Positions 1 through 15,820 are shown, counted from the stretch's first letter. The stretch: DNA of 64,000 nucleotides from Dimorphilus gyrociliatus (GCA_904063045.1 CAJFCJ010000013.1:1222156-1286155), one strand, 5' to 3'. Notes: generated by a model from the letters alone, not told the origin. Made by a program: numbers and translations.

Positions 1-221
1 AGCACCATTACCCCAAATGCCCTAAAAGAATCAATTTCCTCGCTATCATCGTATGGAAGGCCCAGGACGGCATAAACGCTGCTCAGTTTGAAACGTTCCG
101 ATTTCTTTTTACGACGTCTTGGATCCATAGGTTGGATAGTCGGCTTCGGAGTTTTCTCATACATCCAATTAAGTATCAGGCCAAGTATTATAGCAAGGAC
201 GTAGATTATTAAGGACATCAT
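1..221 (-). CDS. Partial CDS (runs off window start): N-terminal transmembrane protein of unknown family
   Basis: Open frame from ATG at 221 to the window edge: MMSLIIYVLAIILGLILNWMYEKTPKPTIQPMDPRRRKKKSERFKLSSVYAVLGLPYDDSEEIDSFRAFGVMV. It has a hydrophobic anchor followed by a basic cluster, and an in-frame stop upstream at 258-260. Candidate non-coding upstream exons end at donors near 428 and 523. Not in the ORF track because no stop lies in the window. Confidence 0.6.
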   Translation of the reverse strand, partial: MMSLIIYVLAIILGLILNWMYEKTPKPTIQPMDPRRRKKKSERFKLSSVYAVLGLPYDDSEEIDSFRAFGVMV

Positions 222-731
222 ACCACTCTCTTTTATAGTCCATTCTTTATGATCAATCTATATTTCACCATTATATTTTATACAATATGATTAGATAGCG
301 TCGTCAAAGAAACAAAGTTTTTTAGATGTGCAATTTACTTATGACAGTTGCTTAGTGGTGAGACAACTATATATTAATTATGCAACAGGTTCTTAACAGG
401 TTTAATATTGATTAATATTATACTTACCAGGCCATACATTACAATATGTAGCTTAGAACGGCTTAGGATGTATATAATATAAAGGATAGGTAGAGAATGA
501 AAACTGGATAGAAAATATTTACCTCAAGTATTCGAACGGATAAAATATGTAAAAGAGCGCGCCAGATCGATTTTGCAGCTGCAAAGATGCGAAAGAGAAC
601 TAACACACTCTGGAAATCGGAAATGGCGACAGAGTTTCTCTTTATTTTGCTTATAAAAAAAAAACTATAAAGGATATAGTCTTGTTGAAATAGAACAGAA
701 TATATTTTGCACAGAACAATTAGATATCGAT

Positions 732-1708
732 TTATGTCAATCCCACAGTTTGACTTCCCTTCGCTATTGCCAGCAGTTCTCTTCCTATATCTTCAAAATT
801 TCCCTCTGTAATTATCGCAAAATCATAAACTTTATTATTCAAAAACTTAAACGCTTAGTTTAAGTATTTAGTATTAACTAAAGATGTGATAAAAGAAGTG
901 AAAATTAGTTATTTACCTTCCAGGAAATCATTACCAAGTTCTCGGAAAGTTACAGCAATCCTTCTATTCTTTATATGGGAAATTTTTATCGAATGTTCCC
1001 ATATGTATCGCGCTTCGTCGGCTATAATAGTAAGAGATCTAGCTGGCAAAGGCATTAAAATTTCAATACCCTTTTTTTCAGGATGAGTTAAAGTTAATAT
1101 AGTGTCTGATAAAAGATTTAAGGTCACTAGCCGGTTTCCCCATATCCAAGTGTCATCTACGTGGGGATCTATTGACGATCCACGCTCGGGGACGTATTCT
1201 AAGTTGCAAACCTCAACTGGGGAAAATTCTGCTAAAAGTTCTATATTCTGCATTTTGTCTGCAATTTTGCGTGAAAATTCCGGAATCCCCTTAAAATCTA
1301 AGTACTTCACTTTACGCTTCTTAAAATTCACTTTAGGGCCGAAATCTTGCTTTCTTCTGCCAGATTGGGAATTGTTCCACGGCTGATTGTCTATATAATT
1401 CATGATATCATCTTCTTCTTCCTTTGTAACGAAATCCGGCAAAACTAGTATTGAGTTTAAAGCTATTCCATTTTCTCTGTCATGTTTGTCCCCCTCCAAG
1501 TAAGATCGCTTACATTTTATGCAATACTTAAACTCCGTCGTGTCTAATATTTTCTAAAAGTTAACAGGAAATTTATATAATGTGACTGTAAAAATACATC
1601 ATATTAAAAAATACCAACATTTTCTTTTGATAGGTTCGGCTCGCATATAAGACATCGCCTAATACCTTTACAACCACAAGTTTTCAGCGTGCCAACCGAT
1701 AATGCCAT
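732..1708 (-). CDS. ALKBH4: Alpha-ketoglutarate-dependent dioxygenase AlkB homolog 4 (3 exons: 1708-1615, 1543-917, 805-732)
   Basis: N-terminal CGCKGIRRCLICE motif, SQSGRRKQDFGPKVNFKK, catalytic DPHVDD, WEH and VTFR, and C-terminal IGRELLAIA, all matching ALKBH4. GT-AG junctions give a continuous frame. Confidence 0.93.
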
Positions 1709-2155
1709 CAGTTTAGAAATGAAAACTGGTAATCGAAGCGGAAATAGTTCAACTCTGAACAACCGGTATGCGGTAGATTTAAACTTCTCTAACAATAAAT
1801 AATTATACACTCAATACAAGACTTTATTAAAATGTTTATAGTAGGAGTATTTTATTTAGAACTTGACGATGTATTTTCTCTGAAATAGTTTAATTTTCAC
1901 ATCATTTTGATGTATAACTGTATATCCATTAGAAACATTTAATAGTAATAGAAAACAATAATTTTCATTATCACAGAACAATGCAGGATTCATTGTAACC
2001 ACTATATGATAAATTGTGAAAATCTTTTTAATCTATTACGAGTGTAAACGCGGACGGATTGATATTAAAACTTTAAGTCTTGAAAAAAACAAAAATAAAC
2101 TCAACTACAATACTTTAATAAGTAGATCTGGACGGCTTTTTTTTGTTTGTTTGTT

Positions 2156-5100
2156 TTAAAATGAAGGCAATTTACTACTTGTAGATTTTCCTGATGCAGA
2201 TCCGTAACGGTTAGTCGACGATGGTCTACTATTAGGTAATGGGGACGGAATTTTTTTCCTTTGTAAAGGATTACCACTTGTATTCATTGTAGTAGTGTCC
2301 TGAGCCTGTGTTTTTTTTTTAAAAAAACAAAAAACAAATCAATACAAAGTAATAATAAGTAAATTATTTATGAAGTTTTTCTTGTTAAAGTCGTTTGATT
2401 TAAAAAAAAATCTGCAAAAAAATTAAATAAAAACAGCAAAAAAGGAAAAAAAATGCAAATTTTTGCAGTAGATCGATTGAAGGAATTGACTTAAACCGTT
2501 AGAACTCCGTCTGCTTTGAAAAAAAATATAAAGCTTAAAAAAGAAGACTTGCCACTGGTAATATATTAAAAAAAAAGAAAAAAAAAGCAAGAAAGAGTAG
2601 AAGAGAGGAAAATATAAGAAAAGGAACTTGAAGTGAAGAAAGAAAAGTTGTATTGTTGTGAAAGTATGTAGAAACAAAATTAGGTGTTATTGGTAAGGAA
2701 GAGAGAGAAAATCAAACTACCTGAATTGGATTAGCGCCAATGTAAGAACCGTTAGACTGCACACTACCTGGTCTAGAAGCCCTGTCGATAGATAAATCAT
2801 CGCTAGCATTCGTCCTTTTCAGAGGTGCATTTCTAGGCTCAGCTTGTGGGATAGGAGGTGCTCTGGAAGAGGGCATGCGACGAGGTGGTGCCATTTTAGG
2901 ACTGGATAGAGAAATCTCATTTTTTTTTTGCATTTGAGTGAACGAAATGGTATTGTGAAGAAACCATGAAATATACATGAAAAGCTCTATTAATGGAAAT
3001 ATTACGAGCGTAAAAATAATTTAAAGCTTATACAATAACAGCAAACAGCGCTTATCGTTCTTCCTTTTTAATTACCCAAAGGAAAGATGGGTAGAAAAAA
3101 AAAGAAAACAGATAAAAACAAGAGAGATAGATAGAATAAATAAGTGAGACAGGAGTATAAATTACTCAAATCTATCTATTTCTCACGTTTTCATCTAGTT
3201 TATCTTAATAACAATGGAAATATAAAATTATTTTTACGCTCGTGTAAAAATTTCCATTAAGAAATTAAGTTGTTAATTAAAATCGATCTGCTAATCAAAT
3301 AAGCATTATTACTGTGTTTTGCTTTTTTAAAGATAAAAAAACAAAATATAATGGAATTTTTTTAGTATTCTAAACAATGGTGCTTTTTTTATAGAAAGGA
3401 GAAAAGAAGGTATTAAATAATAAGAAATCGCATACTTTTGAGCCGAATCAGCGTTTCGTTTCTTCGCTCCAGCATAGAGGGGAGTTAGAGCTTGAGTTTG
3501 AGGCTAAAATAAATATAATATGTAATATATAGTATATACTTTATAATATTATTTGAGATGTTTGTATAAGCTATTACCCTATAATTGTCTAGAAAGCTTT
3601 GAAAACTAACCTGCAATTGTGGACCAGCATTTGCTGATGATAGCAGCTTTTCTGAAGCATTTCTACCAGCGTTCTCATTGTTATTCTAAATAATAAAACA
3701 GTTTTTTTTAAATAATGGTTGATTGACATATACAACAAGAGGAGGAGGAGGGGCTTAGAGCGAAAAGGGATTTTTATAACGGTTTACGGCAACTACTTTT
3801 CTTTTCTTCTAATAGAGGATTATTAGATTAGGCGACTAAGCCGAAATGCAATACGAAAGTTTGTTTTTTTTTAAAAGGGTACCTCTGCTAAGCGAATCAT
3901 AATTTTCTTACCGATGAGAAAAGATTCGAATTAGGAGCTCTCAAAGGTTCGGATAATTCCCTTTTCTTCTTTTTCTTCTTCTTTCTTAGTACTTCACGCT
4001 GTTGAACGCCCATTGAAGTGGCTACTGGTCCTGCTGCCAGAGATGATTGGAGCGGTTTCAGGTGAGCTGGCGGAGCTCGATCTAATTGAGAGAAAAGAGG
4101 CCGTTTATTATAAAAGAAATAATACAGTATACCATTTAGCTATATCTAGTTTTACCTTTGCCAAAAGGCGTTGGAAAAGGAGGAGGTCTATCAGTGGGTC
4201 CTCTAGAGGAATCGGGATCATCTTCTAAGCTCACATAGTCTTCTGGTCCTGGTTGCTTAGTCTGTTGATTTCTATTTGTTGGAGATGGAACTTTCCTACC
4301 CTATAAATAAATGAAAAATTATAGCTAAAAACTGTAGAGAGTGTAATTATTAATTAGGAATGTTTGTTTGAAAAAAGCCTCTAAGCGGTGGATAATTGTG
4401 ACTCACGTGAGAAGCGCTCGGCCTTGATAGGGCTTGGTGACTTTCATAAGAAGAAGGCGAAGGCGATTGTCGATTGCGAGGCAGTGGCTGAGGTCTAGAT
4501 TCAACTTGCATAGCATAGTCTCCAACCCCTTCGTCGGAGACGTCCATATGACCGCTACTTACACTATGTGCATCTTCATCATCTATTTATAGAAAAGACT
4601 AGTTGTTTACTTAATGACAGATTTTAACATTGTGTGAGTAATTTTACGTTTATATAGGTACGTGATAAATAATTCTATAAATAGATAATAAACTTATATA
4701 CCTCTAACTGACATGACAGCATCCTCTAATTGCTGGAAAAATAGCACAAAAAATGTACACATAGTATCAGGAAGTAGCAAAAAAAAATATCTTACTTCAG
4801 CGCCATCTCCAGCTTTCTTCCTCTTACCTCCATCGATTTCTGCCATATCGTGATCGGAGGTAGCACTTGGTGACCGTTTCATCGGTGCCTTTGAGTTCCT
4901 TGGGGAAGGTGACGCTTGTCTACAGTTCGGGGGTCTCGGTGTTCTAGGTGTGGTTGGGGTTTTTGTAGGCGGAGCCGAAGTATGACCAGAATAGCCGTAT
5001 TGCTCATTCTCGGGAGATTGAGATTGAGGAGGTTTCGGTACTAGCGGTATACCTCCATTTTGCATACCATTTATCAATGTGGAATTAAGTGTGCCATTCA

Positions 5101-7237
5101 GTTCAGACGAGGGTGGATAAAGTGTATCTTGTTCACTCCAAACTCTGCCTTCAGCCTTCATTTTTTGCTTTATATAAGAAGCAATAATAAGCATACAGTA
5201 ATGAAGTTGTCTACAACTAGCGTAATCCCAGGCCGTTGCACCATCATTATCCGTGCTCTCAAAGTCGGCTAATCAAAAAGATGCTTAATTAAAATTCTCT
5301 TAAAGAGAAGCCGCAAAAATAAATAGCTGACCTCCCTCCGAGAGTAGATAGTTTACTAACTCTCCGTGGCCGCACATTGTTGCTAAAATTAACGGCGTTC
5401 TTTCATTATTATCTCTATGAGAGAGAGCTTCACGTCCAACAATATCCAAAATAAGCTTTGTCGACTCCAATGATCCTAAATTGGGTGTAATGAGTATGTG
5501 TTTATCTTGAAGTAAAAACTATTAACTAACCCATCTCAGCCGCTACGTGCATGACAGTTTTTCCATCCTCATCTTTCATATTAGCTGAGTCACTTGTTAA
5601 AAGGGTCTTTAAATGGGAGTAAATAATATATAAGCTCTACTTAAAACATGCCCAATAGCATAATAACTTACAGATAAACATTCTAGGGGTTTTGCCCTTC
5701 TAACGGACCAATGAACCCATGAACGGCCTATCTTATCCCTCTCAAAACCGTCACCTAGCTGTGGTAAACCTTTATCTCCTTGCGCTTTCATTATTTTCCT
5801 GTATATGAACAATATAAGACAGTAAATAATAAATGATTGCGTTGTATTGAAGAACTAACGTAAAGTGATCAATATTATCCATTCGACAAGCCCACATTAA
5901 AACAGTCATTCCATCCTTGTCTGTAGCAGTTAAATCAAGGCTGACATCGCGATTTAATAAAACCTGTTAAATGTTAAACGAAACTAATTGATAATCAATC
6001 AATTAAAGAAGGAAGAATAAAAGAGGTTTATGTAAATATTACGTCAATACAGTCGGTACTAGAGCAGGTACAAGCCCAATGTAAAGGGGCGCGTCCAAAA
6101 TTATCTTGAATATTCAAATCAGCATTATAGTTTATTAAATATTCAAGAATATTAGCTTGATCGTCGTGACAAGCTCTATGTGCTGCTGTTGAACCATCTA
6201 CAAATGATAGAATAAAACGATAATTAAAAATTAAGTAGAAAAATCGACACTAAGTATTCTTTATGTTACTCTTGCACTCCTTTTTTTACTCGATCACTTT
6301 CTCTCTCTTTTTCAATTTTTTTAAATTTTCTTACCGATAGCTATTGCATCCGTCTTTATTTGTCTTTCAAGTAGGATCTGCACAGTATTAATATGACCAA
6401 AATGTACAGCATACATTAAAGCATTCCTTCCCAATCCATCCACTTCATTTAACGTTTTTGGATCTAGGACAAGATACAATATGTAACTAGTGTCTTGTAT
6501 GTCTTGTACTGGGTTATGGACGCCTTATGTTACAAAGTATGCATTAATGGACAAGAGATATAGGTTTAATAAGAGGAATATTAAGAAAATATGCCCCTGC
6601 TTGACTTATACCCAATAGCACAATCAAATTGACGATCGAAGGCTAAAGTCAATATCTGCCCTGTGCAAATACACGTACAATTATTCGTTGAAAATCGAAG
6701 TTCGATTGAAGAGTATGTGCATTGGTGATTAAGTAGCGATAACAAATTGTTAGCTATCGTTATCATCCGTTCTACAATTACCTTTATCAATTATATCTAT
6801 AATACTAGAGTTATCTCCCTCCTTGGCTGCTTGAATAATCGAAGGCAGCATAGAAAGAGATTGATTTAAACTAGTTGATGTTTCGTTCAATGATTTTGGG
6901 TTCTCTCGATTAATCCATTTCCATTGAAATTTGTCAGGAGCATCTCTGAATGGTGTCATTGGGCTTAAACCTCTAATTGATGTACTAAGAGCTGATGTTC
7001 CTCCACCCTTCTCATGAGTTTGGAATTTCGCGCGCAAACGCTTATAATACTTTTGCATTTGCAAAAGTGCTAAATTTAAAGCGTCTCTTAATTCTGCACA
7101 TTCTTCGTCTTCGCTTAACTTCAGTAGAAACTCGTGAATCAAAGCGGAAGCCTTTTGGAAATCTACGAATCAGCATTCTTATAAGGTTTACTTTATAAAT
7201 TTGCCTATGAATACTCACCTTTCCGTTTTATCGCCAT
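2156..7237 (-). CDS. Ankyrin-repeat protein (inversin/ANKRD55-like N-terminal ankyrin array, long Pro/Ser-rich C-terminus), about 17 exons
   Basis: Spliced exons encode ankyrin repeats: SIIQAAKEGD, GRNALMYAVHFGHINTVQILL, GSTAAHRACHDD, GRAPLHWAC, GMTVLMWAC, GKTVMHVAAEMG, RTPLILATMCGHGELVNYLL. These are followed by a low-complexity tail with LRKKKKKKKRE, ending KLPSF-stop at 2156. The start (MAIKRK, 7237-7219) is inferred, and splice phases are consistent throughout. Confidence 0.8.
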
Positions 7238-7389
7238 TGAGGGTCACAAAAAGTTATTGCGTTTATTCTGGTGTCATTCATTTATATACCTAGAATCTAA
7301 TTAACAGTGAAAACAATATGATTCACTTTGTTGTTTTCAAATAATTAGATGAAATCGTCAAATTAGTTTATGAAGAAGTTTATGTACTT

Positions 7390-7400
7390 GCCGCCATTTT
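7390..7400 (-). promoter_or_regulatory. YY1-like motif (AAAATGGCGGC) in the ankyrin/PP1 divergent promoter
   Basis: Matches the YY1/Pho consensus. Related CGCCATTTT/CGCCATCTT copies occur at 621-630, 7616-7624 and 8369-8377, and GCCATTTT at 54531-54538, mostly at gene 5-prime ends. Confidence 0.4.
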
Positions 7401-7737
7401 GAAGTTAGGGAATACAAATCCCATGATGCCTTCGAGAATAATAGTTCCATAAATATTAGTTGATAATTTCAAAATAAATACAAAAAAAACTCAAAAATGA
7501 AATTTTTCTTAAAAATCGATCATAATTCTTGTTAAAAAATGAGACAAAACTATAAACTTACGAAGTAAAAACTATATTCAATATATGAAGGCGTAGGAAT
7601 ACTATTATGCTGACTCGCCATCTTTCGCTCCAGAACAGTTGATCGCTACGGAGCGTTATAATCTAGCAATATCTTCAAGCTTTTATACCAGCTAGATCTA
7701 ACTAAATTAGTATAATTTACCTGAAAATTACAATCAG

Positions 7738-10208
<2,471 letters not shown>

Positions 10209-11123
10209 GAAGGTCAAGTCGAATGAAAGCAGTTTGGAAACTGGTCACTTGATCGCTTTCATCCTAAAAGTTTTTTGTTCATACGTCAGTACGTTCCACT
10301 CACGTGACTGTTATCATTATAGTTATTAATATACACATTAGAATTACAATAATACTAGGTAAGAAAGAAGTTACGCGCTAACTGCAGACTTACTAGTTTG
10401 TTCGCAATCATCGAGTTTTACAGGATATATTGCGCATCATATCACCAATGCAGTGTGCTGTGTTGTACAGAACATCTTCAATAGATGTAGAAACCTATTA
10501 TATAACTAAATTAATTACTGCAAAGAGCTGTCATTTTTTTTGGTTGTGCATGTATAATTATCAATAATATTGCTTTTTATTTAAAAATACTTGATTTTTT
10601 TTTTCAATTCGGACGACAATGTAACATCGTTTTACAGGAGTATGATAAAGAGTATCACAAAAGTGGGCCAGTGACGCATTTTAAACATGTTTTAAAAATC
10701 TTCTGTTTCTACGTACTTGTAATTTTTTTGTTTAGGCGTTTGTTTACAATTAAGGTGATGACGTTACAGAGAATTTTCAAATAAATTACAGCGTCAAAAT
10801 TGATTAATTTTCCTTTTACGTAATGTAGCATGCTTTACATAGATATTTAAAAATAATAATATAAAAAAAAACTACGTTGTAAAAATGCAGGGTTCGTCAA
10901 ATTAACAAAAAAAAAGCTTCGCTTTTATATTCAGTTTCTGAGATCAAAGAAAATACAGTAATAGAGGATAGGTGTATTCGTAGTTCGATTGTGTTTGAAC
11001 AACAGGAATATATTTTATCACATTTGCCTAAGTATTACTATTATTATTATAAAACTTTTTATCATTTTCTTTTTGTTTGATTATCACTGTTTTGGTTATT
11101 GTTTGATCAATCTTGGAAAAGTA

Positions 11124-13244
11124 TTAAGATACATTTCCTACTAATCTACTTGAATGAGCGAAATATGAAGCGATCGTTCTACACGTTGTAGAATCTAAAC
11201 GTTGGGGGAAAAGGCATACGTCGTTTTCTATGCTACTGACGGCTTTATATAATTCTCCTTGCTTTTGTGTAGACATATGCATCCCTTTTTTGGGGCTTCC
11301 TGGTAAATACCTTTCCAGATATCCGTCTTCAATATCGAAAAATAAAGGTGGCTTGTCCTCACTCTGTCAAGGAAAGAGATTAAAAGAAGGGTAAAATGTC
11401 GTTAGGCTTTGCTCTTAGTGTTAAACAAGGAAGAAAATCTTACATGCTTAAGATCTTTCAGAGACGCTAATGACGTTCCGGAAACGTTGATAACAAATGC
11501 ATCCGCCCTTCCAGCTCTCTTGTTGATATGATCGAATAAGGTTAACAGAAGTTTTTTCTTACGTAGAGGTATATGAAGAAAAACCGATAATTAATAAATC
11601 ATTAACGAAAAATAATAAATCATCATGCTTACCGCATCACTGTGTGGATCGGATACAATCGATGCCAATTGAATAATATCCATGTAGTATTTTCTTGTAT
11701 CAATTCGGTTGACGTCATTATCATCTATATTGAAAAAGAAACCTTATATGCCTTGCACGCAACTTTTGTTCCTAAGATATATTACAAATATCGCCTAGAA
11801 GAGCGAGACTATATATAGAGCATTCTAGAGAGATAATCATTTTCTATTAAGGAGAAAATTTCTTTTTGTTCACTTTACCTAAGGCAAATAGCAGTAGAGG
11901 ATTCACTATTTTCGAAGCATTGAATTTCAATTCGCCGAACATCTAAGAAATATTAAAATGAAGTAAACTTTTAATTAATGATTGCTTTCTCTTCTTTTTT
12001 TTTTTTAATGCAGAATGCAGAGTCTTTAAATAAATCGATACGATACCTCAAGAACCTGATTCCACATTAATTCTGCATTACCGCATGTGACATCGATTGT
12101 TAACAATCTGGAAGATTTTGAAAAGTATTCTAGGAAAGGTTTTGCAGATGTATCGAATATTGCTGCTCTTTTTTGTGTTCTTCCCGTATCAGCTTCGTCG
12201 CTCTGGCCTCCTGTTTCTTTCATTTTATTACCTGGAGTTGTGCATAGAGGTATCTTTTGAGTGACCACTTTGTCAGGTGGTATGGCTAAATTAAGAGCAA
12301 AAGATACTGGATACTGAAAATAAAGGAATGTAAATCTTATTATTTGCAAAAACTTCTTTGTAAAGAAGATTAAGCGAACCTTCGTTTCAAATTCTTCTAG
12401 AGCTTTCACGCACTCATTTATAATACTTTCTATTCTCAGCAAACATTTTAAATTCGGCATATAATCGATTATATAGACACTCGACTCCTTATCGGGATCT
12501 TGCTCTATTTTATTCTCCACTAGGCTTAGTATCCATCTAATATTGACTTGAGACGAATCGTCCTGGACAACATTAGTTATTATACAAATAGTATACAATT
12601 ACTCACGTTCAACTATTATCATTATTTACCTTAAGTAAGTCTTGTATATCTTTGGAACTTTCAATTTGCATAACGTTTTTTACCTTCTTCGGTAGTTCGC
12701 TAAAAACCAATGATTCGCAAGAAACAAACTTAAACCCAAAAGTGCTGCATAAGTCGTCGACAATACATCCTTTCTTTGAACCTGGTCCGCCTATATATTA
12801 TATATATTTATTATATATCAGTATAAATAAACTTGGTGAAAATACTAAAATAGTAGCTCCATAAACAAATAATGAATACCACATAAAAGACCCTAAATTA
12901 ATTATCAAATATATTCGAAGGCCATTTTTATTGATTATGGTACATGATGCATTGAGAATGACTTTGATCTACTCAGGCGTACAGGAACGCTAACAAACAT
13001 TTATAATGTTCAGTATATAAAATTATCTCTGATCCTGTTTGAGATAATCACTAATCGCGTCATAGGCATTAAAAATATACTTGAAATTATAGATTGTCTT
13101 ACCAAAAATGAAAATTATCTCTGGCTTCCCTTCCGCTCTTTTTACTTCGGATTGTCTTCGAACGCTTATTTTAGGCTTTCTATTAAAAGGTTCCAAAGAT
13201 GCTGCAGATTTTGAACGTTCTGGTGTACTGTTCCCACAACCCAT
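11124..13244 (-). CDS. Adenylate-kinase-like protein with degenerate active-site motifs and an MGCGNS acylation N-terminus, 8 exons
   Basis: Exon 1 13244-13103 (MGCGNS...EIIFIF) splices to GGPGSKKGCIVDDL (P-loop-like). IIDYMPN and a RLLTIDV strand follow the AK fold order, then a divergent second half ending VGNVS-stop at 11124. Confidence 0.72.
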
Positions 13245-13596
13245 TACATATAATTTCTTTTAATTAAATTCTTTGATCGATGTCGAAAAGGTTTATAACA
13301 TTTCTCTTCATATTAATCTTTTAACACGTACGTATACAAAGTGTTTATCAGAAAAAAATAAACGTAGTTCGCTTCAGATATTTTCGTTACCAAAGAAACG
13401 CGTCGTTCGTGGTATTCGAACGGCGATCCTACATACAGGAAACTATCGAATCAAAAAAAAAGAAAAATGTTTATTTTTTAATTAATCTTCTATATATAAT
13501 TTATTTTAAAAATCTATTTATTTCAGGGAAATTCACTTTTTATTATATAGCCGAAGTATAATTTTATACGAAAATAATCTAGTCGCAGGCAATAAA

Positions 13597-13606
13597 GTCA
13601 TGTGAC
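13597..13606. promoter_or_regulatory. M-box/CLEAR-type element GTCATGTGAC upstream of V-ATPase subunit C
   Basis: Exact GTCATGTGAC about 195 nt before the ATP6V1C ATG. MiT/TFE factors (MITF/TFEB/HLH-30) bind TCAYGTGA in V-ATPase promoters. Confidence 0.6.
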
Positions 13607-13800
13607 AAATGTAATATGGTGGAAAATTTGAAGAATTGATAAAATATCGACATATCTTCCAAAGACATTACATTTTGATCTTGATAAAGCAATAACTAGA
13701 TAGGTAAGGTTTTAATCTATATATTTTTCGCCTTAACATTTAGAATCCTTTTAGATTTTTTTTCGTATTCGTCACTTACATCAATATCAACTCTATTAAA

Positions 13801-15820
13801 ATGAATGAATTTTGGCTTATTTCTGCTCCTGGAGATCCTACATGTCAACAAACTTGGGAACGAATGAACCAACTAACGCATAAGCAACATGGCGTAGCAG
13901 ATAATTTTAAATTTCACATTCCCGATTTGAAAGTAAGCACGTAAAGATAACAATCTAGGTTCAATGTCATTTTTTGTAAAAAATTTTAATATTAAATTAT
14001 GCAATCGCAGGTTGGAACATTAGATGTCTTAGTTGGTCTATCCGATGAATTAGGAAAATTAGATATATTTTGCGAACAGTGAGTAAACTGGCTTTTTGAA
14101 TGGATATTTTTTTTTACAAAAGAACTATTTCTTGTCGTTTTAAATAGAGTAACCAAAAAAATAGCGACCTATTTTGGCGAAGTTCTAGAAGATCAGAAGG
14201 AATATTTAGAAGAAAGATTATTGGCTAATGGATGTTAGTAATAATTTATTCATCTTAAAATTTAATTTATATGCAATATAATGTAATTTAATTTTTCATT
14301 ATGTTCTTATTTTTTTAAAAGTGGATCTTGGAACTTATTTGACAAGATTTCAGTGGGATATGGCAAAATATCCCATCAAGCAGCCTCTAAAGAACATTGC
14401 AGATATTATTGCTAAAGTGCGTTTATTTGTTAAATTAAAAATTATAGGAAAATTTATTGTTATGCGTATTTTTCTATTGTTTTTAGCTGGTCAATCAGAT
14501 CGATACCGATTTGAAGGCAAAGTCTTCGGCCTACAATAGTCTAAAAGGAAATTTAATGTCGTTGGAACGAAAAGCTACGTTAGTAATAATAAAATAATTA
14601 ATAATTCATTCGTTTAATTATTTCTTCTATTTGTTTCTCTTACAATTCTATTTGATTAGTGGTAGTTTATTAACAAGAAATATTGGCGATTTAGTCAAGA
14701 AAACCGACTTTGTTTTGGATTCTGAATACCTTACGACACTTTTAGTTGTCGTTCCAAAGTTTGTTATCTATTTACTTATTATAACTATTCTATATTTTGT
14801 TTTCTTTTTATAAAAACAAAAAAGGGCCAACTACAATATTTGGAATACAAAATACGAGAAATTAAGCGATATGGTAGTGCCTAGATCTACCAAGTAAGTA
14901 TTCTATCATTAGATTTTGCTATTTGTTACAATTCATTTACATTTTGGATTGAAAGAGAAATAAATCTTTATAAATGTTGATAAATTATCGCTATTATTAT
15001 TATTGTTATATTCCTTTTTGTATTAAAAATTACAGTTTGATATTTGAAGATAATGAACACGGATTGTATACGGTCACACTTTTCAAGAAAGTTGTTGATG
15101 AATATAAAGCTCATTGTAGAGAAAATCGGTAAGATTTATTCAATATGAACAATAAGTCTACATTGACAATTGGTTACTTTATGATACAAATCCGTTTCAA
15201 TTGGTCTCTCTCTCTCTCTGATGGTTATTCTGCGTTTAAGTCCGTTTTCTTTTTCTCCTTTTTCGCTAGGTTTATTGTAAGGGATTTCCTTTATAATGAA
15301 GAGGAATTAGCTGCGGGAAAGAATGAGCTGAACAAGTTAGCAACGGACAAGAGAAAACAGCTGGTAGGGGATTCGTTTTTTATATTATACGAATATGTAT
15401 AGAATATTATGTATTGAGTTGTTTTCTTATTTCTTAGGGGCCGCTAGTAAGATGGCTTAGAGTGAATTTTAGCGAGGCTTTCACAGCATGGGTTCACGTT
15501 AAAGCTTTACGAGTATTTGTCGAGTCAGTTCTAAGGTTGCTAATAAGTTGCTCTTATTCCCTTTTATATGCTATTTATTTTTTTTTAGATATGGTTTACC
15601 AGTAAATTTTCAAGCAATACTCGTTCGCCCCTTAAAAAAATCCAATAAAAAGCTAAGGGATTTACTTAATCAGCTTTATCAACATCTTGACAATTCCGCT
15701 TATCCAACTGCTGGTGATGCTCCAGCTTTAGATATTCCAGGATTAGGAGGCATAAATCAGGCCGACTACTATCCGTACGTATGCTATAAGATTAATATAG
15801 ATTTATCTGACTTTAAATAG
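13801..15820 (+). CDS. ATP6V1C1: V-type proton ATPase subunit C, 11 exons
   Basis: [82 protein letters not shown] and [10 protein letters not shown]. Confidence 0.96.

Noticed and set aside
6612-6662. Exon-like segment (CACAG...GG/GTATAA) in an ankyrin intron
   Set aside because: It is 49 nt with mismatched phases. Direct splicing (IIDK-DPKTL) already gives a clean ankyrin repeat.
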